64,000 bases of DNA from Thermoleophilia bacterium (GTDB lineage: Bacteria; Actinomycetota; Thermoleophilia; RBG-16-64-13): the NCBI GenBank assembly GCA_026415615.1, contig JAOAGT010000002.1, positions 448,545 through 512,544 on the forward strand, given 5' to 3'. The number at the start of each line of letters is the position of its first letter. Position 1 is the stretch's first letter. Shown piece after piece: positions 44,108 to 51,643 of the stretch. Made by a program: the position numbers and the translations under genes. Below the pieces are notes generated by a model. The model saw only the letters and a program-made list of their open reading frames with translations, searched no databases and was not told the origin of the DNA.

Positions 44108-45331
44108 CTAGTCGACTGGTGCTGCGTTCAGCAAGGCCATGTCCGTCGTTGCAAATCCATGCAGGAAGCTGTAGACGTCCCTTAGATGCTTGCTGAAGGG
44201 CACGTCGTCATCAGTTGTACCGTATCCGCCGAAGATGCCGCACGCGTGGTTGACAAACTCCACGCCGATTTGGTCGACAAAGGCCTTGACCAGCATTCCG
44301 ATCTTCGGATTGTAGTCGTGCTTTGTCTGGTACGACCAGGCACCCTTCCAGAGCAGCGCCCGAGCCGCCTCAAGCTTGGCCTGCATGTCGGCGATCTTCA
44401 TGGCGACATGGTGATGCTGAATGATGGGCTTTCCGCCCTGCACCCGCTTCTTAGCGTAGTCCAGAGCCTCTTCATAAATTGCCCTCACCGTGCCCAGGTT
44501 GGCAGCAGCGCCCAGGAGCCCAAACGGCGGTGGAACTCCTTGCGGGGTCTTGGACCAGTCTTTCTGCGGGCCTCCCCACTCGCCTTCGGTTCCCCAAGCC
44601 TCGCCTTCCTTACCTACGAGGTAGCGGGCCGGAATCCGAGCGTTCTCGAAAACTAGCTCAGCGTTGGCAAGCAGCCTCCTACCCAACTTGTTGTGGAACC
44701 GGCCGATCCGCAACCCTGGGGTGTCGTGCGGCACGAGGAAGCAGCTCAGGCTGGTGGAGATGGGGCCCTTCCTGTCGGTACGGGCATACAGGAAATAAAG
44801 CTTGGCGATGCCGCCGCAGGAAATGTAATGCTTAGTGCCGTTAATAATGTATTCGTCGCCTACTCTTTCGGCATAGGTTTGAATTGAGGCTCCCGGCTCG
44901 TCGTAGAGGAAGTGAGAGTCGGTTCCCGCCTCCGGCTCGGACCGCGCCAGACCCAGGAGGAAGGTGTCGTCTTCCAGGAACTTTGGCAACCACTCGTCGC
45001 GCTGTTCAGGTGTGAGCTCCCCGACAAGTCGTGGAGACTCGGTGTAGCAGCCGCGGATGATGGTGGCAAAGCCCTGGTCTGCCACTCCCAGTTCCTCGAG
45101 GACGATGCAGAGAGTAAGGTAATCCGCGCCTCCGCCTCCCCACTTCTCAGGGATGGCAAGAGTACGAAGACCAAGCTGCGAAGCCTTCTTGATCAGGTCC
45201 CACGGGACACAGTCAATCGGGTTCGGCCGCCGGTCGTACTCCATGGCCACGGGCTTCACCTCGTTCTCGGCGAAATCCCGCACCATGTCGCGGATCATCT
45301 GTTGTTCTTCGGTTAGATAAAAATCAACCAT
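44108..45331 (-). CDS. acyl-CoA dehydrogenase-fold flavoprotein, atypical
   Basis: 407 aa, RBS GGAAGGAGGA. N-terminus LTEEQQMIRDMVRDFAENEVKP is classic ACAD. C-terminus RDVYSFLHGFATTD sits where IYEGT (catalytic Glu) is expected. There is a Gly/Trp/Pro-rich insertion in the middle. Confidence 0.8.
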   Translation of the reverse strand: MVDFYLTEEQQMIRDMVRDFAENEVKPVAMEYDRRPNPIDCVPWDLIKKASQLGLRTLAIPEKWGGGGADYLTLCIVLEELGVADQGFATIIRGCYTESPRLVGELTPEQRDEWLPKFLEDDTFLLGLARSEPEAGTDSHFLYDEPGASIQTYAERVGDEYIINGTKHYISCGGIAKLYFLYARTDRKGPISTSLSCFLVPHDTPGLRIGRFHNKLGRRLLANAELVFENARIPARYLVGKEGEAWGTEGEWGGPQKDWSKTPQGVPPPFGLLGAAANLGTVRAIYEEALDYAKKRVQGGKPIIQHHHVAMKIADMQAKLEAARALLWKGAWSYQTKHDYNPKIGMLVKAFVDQIGVEFVNHACGIFGGYGTTDDDVPFSKHLRDVYSFLHGFATTDMALLNAAPVD

Positions 45332-45605
45332 GCAATTCCTATCCTCCTTCCAGCACCGAGAGGCTGCCGCCGACGTTGGCTAGATCACCGGAGGTCCGGT
45401 GGTTGCTGTAGCTGAAGACCAGCCCAGCAACTAGCTCCATCATAGTACTTGTTGTTGCTGCGCGGGCCGTTTTAAGTCAACTTGTCATGACTTGGCCAAA
45501 CTATTACGGGAAGGTATGAATCCGGACCGCTGCCAGAGCTAGACGAATCTGGACTGCCGTCAGCACCAGATCAAGGTGGAATGTTGCCGCCACGAGACAC
45601 TCGGG

Positions 45606-46490
45606 CTAGCCCCGCTGGACAATGGCGCTCTTTATGTGGAGCATTAGGGCGCGGGCCGCTGCCGGGAGGGGCCGGTCGCGGGGATAGATAAGAGTAAGGT
45701 CTCGGTAGAGAGGACGTTCAAACGGGACCACTACCAGATCTTCAGCATTATCTGCGGTGGCAAGCATTTTTGGCATGGGAGCAACCCCAAAACCTTTGCT
45801 TACCAAAGCCTTGATCAGCTCTGGGTAATTGGCACGATAGGAGAAGCGAGGCTCCACGCCTGCTCGCCGCAGGGCGTCGGCTGCAATGTTCCCCGCATTC
45901 ATGGTGGTACGCGGGAGAAGTATCGATTCTCCAGCAAGCATCTTGAGCGGAACGCGGGGGAGGCGAGCCAACCGGTGGTTTCGCGGCACCACAAGCACTA
46001 TTTCTTCTGTAAGAAGATGCTGCGCAGCAGTGCGTGACGAACCCCAGGGAGTTATTACCGCGCAGTCGAGTTCCCCACGAATGACTGCCTCTTCGAGCTG
46101 AGCGTCATCCTTTTCCACGAGGTCTACACTGACATGGGGATAGGCTTCCAAGAACGAAACTAGAATAGGAGTAAGAAGCAGTGCCATGACGTTGCCGACG
46201 GCGCCAAAACGCACCGAACTGGATGTGGCTCCGGCCTGTTCGCGTATGAGAGCGATGGCCTCCTCGGTTCGGGCGACGATTGCTTGGGCCAAGGGCAATA
46301 AGAGCTGGCCGGCTGCGGTGCATTCCACGTGCCGTCCGTATCGCTCAAAGAGCTGAGCTCCCAGCTCACGCTCTAGTCGCGCTATCTGCCTGCTCAGGGT
46401 AGGCTGCGTGGAGTGCATAGCGCGAGCCGCCCGGCTGAAACTTCGGGCTTCGGCTACGGCAAGAAAGGATTTGAACAGCTCCAGGTCCAT
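45606..46490 (-). CDS. LysR family transcriptional regulator
   Basis: 294 aa. FLAVAEARSFSRAARAMHSTQPTLSRQIARLERELGAQLFER. Confidence 0.95.
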   Translation of the reverse strand: MDLELFKSFLAVAEARSFSRAARAMHSTQPTLSRQIARLERELGAQLFERYGRHVECTAAGQLLLPLAQAIVARTEEAIALIREQAGATSSSVRFGAVGNVMALLLTPILVSFLEAYPHVSVDLVEKDDAQLEEAVIRGELDCAVITPWGSSRTAAQHLLTEEIVLVVPRNHRLARLPRVPLKMLAGESILLPRTTMNAGNIAADALRRAGVEPRFSYRANYPELIKALVSKGFGVAPMPKMLATADNAEDLVVVPFERPLYRDLTLIYPRDRPLPAAARALMLHIKSAIVQRG

Positions 46491-46640
46491 CTATGCAATA
46501 TGGTAATACTTCTTGCTAGCCATGAAAAGTTCCATACAAAACTCAACTTGCTGTTGGCATAGGGCTATCATGTATAAAGCCCGTTTCTGCGGGCGGGGGT
46601 CGTTTCCAGGTATGCCTTGAAAAAAAGGAATGGATGACTC

Positions 46641-47417
46641 ATGAACATTGTAGTTTGCGTGAAACAAGTTATCGACACCGAAGCCGAAAACAGGCTCAAC
46701 CCGGAGACGTGGCGCGTAGACCGCAGCGTCAATTGCATTCTCAACCCCTATGACGAGTATGCAGTGGAAGAAGCGCTAAGGCTTCAAGAGGCGCACGGCG
46801 GCCAGGTTACTGTGGTTTGCATGGGACCAGAGAAGGCTGCTGAGGCCGTGCGGAAGGCTCTGGCCATGGGAGCAGACAGCGCCGTGCTGGTGAGCGACGA
46901 AGCTTTGGCCGGTTCCGATGTGCAGGGTACCGCGTATGCGCTGGCGGAAGCTCTCAAGGGGCTAACCTTTGATCTCCTGATTTTCGGCAACCGTTCCACC
47001 GACGGCGAAACAGGGTGCGTACCTGCAGCTGTGGCCGAGCGACTGGGCATTCCGTTCTTGTCTTGCTTGTCCAAGGTCGAGGTCAACGGGAACACCCTAT
47101 CTGTCCATCGGGAAACAGACCAAGGCCATGTTGCGTATGAATGCCCGCTGCCGGCTGCCATTTCGGTGGTCAAGGGAATCAATGAGCCTCGGTATCCAAG
47201 CATCAAGGGCATCATGACCGCAAAGAAAAAGCCGCTCGACGTCAAGAATGTGGCGGCTCTTGGTCTGGACGCTGGCCAAGTAGGGGCTGCCGGGGCAAAG
47301 ACCAAGGTCCTGACAGCAACCGTTCCAGAGCCACGCAAGGCTGGGGTCAAGATTGAGGACGACGGTTCAGGCGGCAAGCGCATAGCTGAGTTCTTGGCTG
47401 GCGCCAAGCTCATCTAG
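46641..47417 (+). CDS. etfB: electron transfer flavoprotein beta subunit
   Basis: 258 aa. MNIVVCVKQV.D.......NPYDEYAVEEALRL. Followed by etfA. Confidence 0.95.
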   Translation: MNIVVCVKQVIDTEAENRLNPETWRVDRSVNCILNPYDEYAVEEALRLQEAHGGQVTVVCMGPEKAAEAVRKALAMGADSAVLVSDEALAGSDVQGTAYALAEALKGLTFDLLIFGNRSTDGETGCVPAAVAERLGIPFLSCLSKVEVNGNTLSVHRETDQGHVAYECPLPAAISVVKGINEPRYPSIKGIMTAKKKPLDVKNVAALGLDAGQVGAAGAKTKVLTATVPEPRKAGVKIEDDGSGGKRIAEFLAGAKLI

Positions 47418-47434
47418 GAAGGGGAGATAGAACC

Positions 47435-48424
47435 GTGAGCAACAAGACTGGGATCCTGGTTGTAGCTGAGCCCGGCCAAGGCCGGCTGGCTAACGTTACT
47501 CTCGAAAGCATTACTCAAGCTCGGGTGCTTGCGGCGTCCCTGGGCGGGCCCGTGAGTGTGGCCGTGATCTCCTCTGAAGCGGCTCCTCTGGTGGCTCAGG
47601 CTGGACGGTTTGGGGCAGACAAAGTCTACGTGGTAGAGAGCCCCGAACTTAGCGTATTCCGGTCCGGCACGTTTGCTGATGCTGCCACGGCGGCGATCAA
47701 AGCGGCAGACCCGGCGGTGGTGCTCTTTTCTAATTCGAACGATGGTCGGGATGTGGCAGCAGCGTGTGCTGCTCGTCTGGGCGTAGGACTCTTGGTGGAC
47801 GTCACCGATTTGCAGGTGAAAGACGGGACGCTTCGAGCTTATCATCCGTGCTTTGGTGGGCGGATGATTGCTGAAAAAGAGGCCACTTCCGTTCCCGTCA
47901 TGGTCACGGTCCGGCCAAGCGCGTTTGCGCGCGAAGAGGCTCCTAAGGAACCCGAGGTTGTCCCGCTTGCTGTTGATTTTGGGCCGACAAGCCTCGCTGC
48001 AAAGATAGTGGATGTGGTCACCGAGAGTCTCGGGGAAATTGCCCTCGAGGAGGCTTCGGTCATCGTAGCCGGTGGACGCGGAGTGGGAAGCGCAGAGGGA
48101 TTTGGCGTCTTGCGCGAATTGGCCAAAGAGCTGGGGGCTGCGGTGGCAGCGAGCCGAGCTGTGGTGGATCTCGGTTGGATGCCTCACCAGAGCCAGGTTG
48201 GCCAGACGGGCAAGACCGTTTCGCCGCAGCTTTATATTGCCTGCGGGATTTCCGGGTCCATCCAGCACCGAGCTGGTATGCAGACTTCCAAATGCATCGT
48301 GGCCATCAACAAAGACCCCGAGGCGCCCATCTTTTCCATTGCCGACTTTGGCGTGGTGGGAGATCTCTTTGCTGTCGTGCCGGCGCTGACCGAGGAAATT
48401 CGTCGTCGCAAAGCGGGAGCCTAA
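47435..48424 (+). CDS. etfA: electron transfer flavoprotein alpha subunit
   Basis: 329 aa, GTG start after GGAAGGGGAG. C-terminal FAD site [19 protein letters not shown]. Confidence 0.95.
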   Translation: MSNKTGILVVAEPGQGRLANVTLESITQARVLAASLGGPVSVAVISSEAAPLVAQAGRFGADKVYVVESPELSVFRSGTFADAATAAIKAADPAVVLFSNSNDGRDVAAACAARLGVGLLVDVTDLQVKDGTLRAYHPCFGGRMIAEKEATSVPVMVTVRPSAFAREEAPKEPEVVPLAVDFGPTSLAAKIVDVVTESLGEIALEEASVIVAGGRGVGSAEGFGVLRELAKELGAAVAASRAVVDLGWMPHQSQVGQTGKTVSPQLYIACGISGSIQHRAGMQTSKCIVAINKDPEAPIFSIADFGVVGDLFAVVPALTEEIRRRKAGA

Positions 48425-48488
48425 AGCAATGTGCGCGAAAGCCCTCGCAGCGGTTAAGGTTTGGTCCTTAGAGTAGGAGGGTGCGCCG

Positions 48489-50180
48489 ATGACTCAAGAA
48501 CGAGAGGTAATGGAGGTCGATGTCCTCTATGTGGGCGGAGGCGTTGCCTCTCTAAGTAGCGCTCTTCACCTGTCAAATCTTATTAATGCTCACAACGCCA
48601 AGGGCGAGGGCAAGAAGCTTGATGAGGTTATGGTAGCGGTCCTCGAGAAGGGGGCCTACTTTGGAGCTCACGGCATTTCCGGAGCAGTGATGGCTCCTGG
48701 CCCGCTTAAAGAGCTGATACCCGACTACTTAGACAAAGGCGCCCCCATTGAGGGAGAGGTAACAAAAGAATCCATCTACCTTCTGACCGAGCGGGGCAAG
48801 ATTAAGTCTCCCATTACTCCTCCTCCACTTAATAACCACGGCAACGTCGTCATATCCATGGCGAAGATGAATCAATGGCTGGCTGGCCTAGTGGAGGAGA
48901 ACGGCGTTTACATGTTCCCCAGCTTTGCTGGAGTTGAGCTTCTCTACGACGGGGACAGGGTCATTGGAGTTCGCACTGGAGACAAGGGAGTTGGCCCCGA
49001 CGGGCAAAAGAAGCCCAACTATGAACCGGGAGCCGACGTCATCGCCCGGGTGGTCGTGTTAGGCGAGGGTTCGCGTGGAAGCTTGACCAAAGAGGTCATA
49101 AAGCGTTTCGGGCTTGATCGCGGCAAGAACCCGCCAGGATTTGAGGTTGGTGTAAAAGAGGTTTGGGAGATACCTGCTGGTCGTATCGAGCCTGGCGAAG
49201 TAATCCACACCATGGGGTATCCGCTCAAGAGCGATACTTTTGGCGGGGGCTTCATCTACGGTATGAAAGACAATCTGGTGTGCCTCGGCCATCTCACCAG
49301 TCTGGATTATTCAGATCCTTTCATTGATCCCCACCGCGAGTTCCAGCGTTTTAAGCTTCATCCTTTGGTGAGAGGACTACTGGAGGGCGGCAAGCTTGTC
49401 CAGTACGGGGCCAAGACTGCGCCAGTGGGTGGATATTACTCGATTCCCAAGCTCACCTTCCCTGGCGGTTTGCTAATTGGTGACGGCGCCAACCTCTTCA
49501 ACGCCCAGAAAATCAAAGGCGTGGATATAGCTATGCGGTCAGGAATGCTGGCTGCAGAGGTTATTTTCGCTGCACTGGTTAACGACGATTTTTCTGAGTC
49601 CCGCCTTGCGGCGTACGAGCAGGCCATGGCTGAGACCAAGGAAATGAAGGACCTGTACAAGGTGCGGAATTTCCATCAAGCCATGACGCGCGGGCTGTAT
49701 TTGGGCCTGCTTACCGCGGCTGCTCAGTATGTTCTGGGAGGGCGAGTACTTAAGAACAGGTTGCCTGCTACTCCGGATCATACCCACCTGAAAACTGTCG
49801 CGGAGAAGTACGGCACAACTACCCCGAGCCCCGAGGCGGTGCGCGACTTCAAGTATGACGGCAAGCTCACTTTTGACAAAGAGACAGACGTTTACTACTC
49901 GGGAACGGTTCACGAAGAAGCTCAGCCCTCTCATCTCAAGATAAAGAGCTTGGACATTTGCTACGGGGAGTGCGCTACACGTTATCAATATCCTTGCGTC
50001 AGGTTCTGTCCAGCCGGGGTCTATGAGATTGAGGTGGACGAGTCTACCGGGCAGAAGTCGCTCAAGATTAACTTCTCAAACTGCGTTCATTGCAAGACGT
50101 GTGATGTGAAGGATCCTTTCGAGAACATCCAATGGGTGCCCCCGGAAGGAGGAGGAGGTCCCAAGTACACAGTCGTGTAG
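48489..50180 (+). CDS. electron transfer flavoprotein:quinone oxidoreductase (ETF dehydrogenase, FixC-FixX fused type)
   Basis: 563 aa. VLYVGGGVASLSSA FAD fold. C-terminal ferredoxin-like CPAGVYE...CVHCKTCD...I.W..PEGG.GP.Y. Confidence 0.9.
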   Translation: MTQEREVMEVDVLYVGGGVASLSSALHLSNLINAHNAKGEGKKLDEVMVAVLEKGAYFGAHGISGAVMAPGPLKELIPDYLDKGAPIEGEVTKESIYLLTERGKIKSPITPPPLNNHGNVVISMAKMNQWLAGLVEENGVYMFPSFAGVELLYDGDRVIGVRTGDKGVGPDGQKKPNYEPGADVIARVVVLGEGSRGSLTKEVIKRFGLDRGKNPPGFEVGVKEVWEIPAGRIEPGEVIHTMGYPLKSDTFGGGFIYGMKDNLVCLGHLTSLDYSDPFIDPHREFQRFKLHPLVRGLLEGGKLVQYGAKTAPVGGYYSIPKLTFPGGLLIGDGANLFNAQKIKGVDIAMRSGMLAAEVIFAALVNDDFSESRLAAYEQAMAETKEMKDLYKVRNFHQAMTRGLYLGLLTAAAQYVLGGRVLKNRLPATPDHTHLKTVAEKYGTTTPSPEAVRDFKYDGKLTFDKETDVYYSGTVHEEAQPSHLKIKSLDICYGECATRYQYPCVRFCPAGVYEIEVDESTGQKSLKINFSNCVHCKTCDVKDPFENIQWVPPEGGGGPKYTVV

Positions 50181-50224
50181 TGCTGTTGGACGGTCAAATC
50201 AACAAGAAGTAAAGGAGTGGTCAG

Positions 50225-50680
50225 ATGGCACGGCCCGAAGAACAGAAAATTGTGGAGATTTTTAAGGCCGCTAAGACCGGCGAAGATATTCTCGCAGCGT
50301 GGGCTGCTCAGCGGCCAGGGTACAAGCCCAGCGGCGCCGGCGACCCGAGCCTGGATTTCTGGGTAAAGCGCAGACCGGACATGCTGCATACCTTTGCCCA
50401 TAACCAGCTCACCCAGCTGCTTGATCGCGGCATCCTCGATCCGAAGACCCGTTACCTCCTGCTCGTGGGTCTCTACATGATGCAGGGTCATTACGACGGG
50501 GTTCTGCCGCAGGCCTGCAACGCCAAGGCTGCTGGTGCTACCGAGGAAGAGCTCATGGAAGTGGCTTTCTGCGTTTGCTACTCCGTGGGCAAGGCCAAAC
50601 TCCAGGAGACTGGCGCCTGCCTGGACAAGGTTTTCTCCAATCCGATGTTCCAGCAGATCAAGCGGGTCGGCGAGGAGTAA
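50225..50680 (+). CDS. carboxymuconolactone decarboxylase (AhpD-like) family protein
   Basis: 151 aa. LDPKTRYLLLVGLYMMQG......H...A...GATEEELMEV pattern. RBS AAAGGAG. Confidence 0.7.
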   Translation: MARPEEQKIVEIFKAAKTGEDILAAWAAQRPGYKPSGAGDPSLDFWVKRRPDMLHTFAHNQLTQLLDRGILDPKTRYLLLVGLYMMQGHYDGVLPQACNAKAAGATEEELMEVAFCVCYSVGKAKLQETGACLDKVFSNPMFQQIKRVGEE

Positions 50681-50716
50681 TCTCTCCCAAGAAAGCCGAT
50701 CTTGGTTTGGAAGTGC

Positions 50717-50754
50717 GCAAGAGGAGGCCCCGTCCATGCGGGGCCTCCTCTTGC
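50717..50754 (+). terminator. terminator hairpin after the etf-ETFQO-CMD operon
   Basis: GCAAGAGGAGGCCCCG-TCCATG-CGGGGCCTCCTCTTGC (16-bp stem). Confidence 0.75.
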
Positions 50755-50836
50755 TTAACGGCTCGGCAGGGCGGCAGGAGTCTTGCTGTTAGCCGGTCCG
50801 TCTTGACCAGTGTAAGAGAAGGGTCTGCGTGCAGGC

Positions 50837-51580
50837 ATGGTTGTGCGGGAAAAGCAAGTAAAGAGCATTTTGTCTCCCTCCAAGGTCTACGACTATGCGC
50901 TTAACCCGTACGTAGGATGTGAGCACGCATGCGCATACTGCTATGCCCGCTTCATGCGCCGGTTTACTGGTCACCGGGAGCCGTGGGGCGAGTTTGTGGA
51001 CGTGAAAACCAATGCGCCAGATTTGCTTCGCCGGGAAATTATGCGAAAGCCTGTGGGTACAGTGTGGGTGAGCGGGGTTTGTGATCCCTATCAGCCGCTT
51101 GAGCGCCAATACAGGCTCACGCGCCAGTGCCTTGAAATCTTGGTGGAGAACCAGTGGCCCATCTGTGTTCAGACTCGGTCTCCTCTCGTGTTGCGAGATC
51201 TGGACGTTTTGCGTCTGGGATCACGGTTGGAGGTCGGTTTTACGATCACCACCGGTGACGACGAAATCAGGCGCCTGTTTGAGCCTCGTGCATCGAGCGT
51301 GCAAGAGCGGCTGGAAGGTCTTGCAGTGCTACACGAGGCGGGAATAAAGACCTTCGCCATGATTGCTCCTATCTTGCCCGGCGCCGAGAAACTGCCCAAG
51401 TTACTCGCTGGCAAGGTAGATCACATTCTTGTGGACCGGCTAAACTACGACTACGGCAATTGGGTCTACAAACAGCACGAACTTGAGTACGCTCGCACAG
51501 ACGCTTACTTCGAGTCCGTTGCCAGAGAACTCGCGGCTGATTGCGCACGACTAGGCATTCCGTGCCGAGTGGTGTTCTAG
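50837..51580 (+). CDS. radical SAM protein (SPL / DNA-photolyase-like subfamily)
   Basis: 247 aa. LNPYVGCEHACAYCYA (CxxxCxxC). Confidence 0.8.
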   Translation: MVVREKQVKSILSPSKVYDYALNPYVGCEHACAYCYARFMRRFTGHREPWGEFVDVKTNAPDLLRREIMRKPVGTVWVSGVCDPYQPLERQYRLTRQCLEILVENQWPICVQTRSPLVLRDLDVLRLGSRLEVGFTITTGDDEIRRLFEPRASSVQERLEGLAVLHEAGIKTFAMIAPILPGAEKLPKLLAGKVDHILVDRLNYDYGNWVYKQHELEYARTDAYFESVARELAADCARLGIPCRVVF

Positions 51581-51643
51581 TCGAACTCTAGCGGCTGTTA
51601 TGATGCCGGAGATGTCGAACAAACTGTGATGGAGAGTGGGGGT

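Noticed and set aside
46784-48268. 209-aa and 284-aa minus-strand ORFs
   Set aside because: They are antisense to etfB and etfA. Their composition is low-complexity Ser/Arg/Pro-rich.
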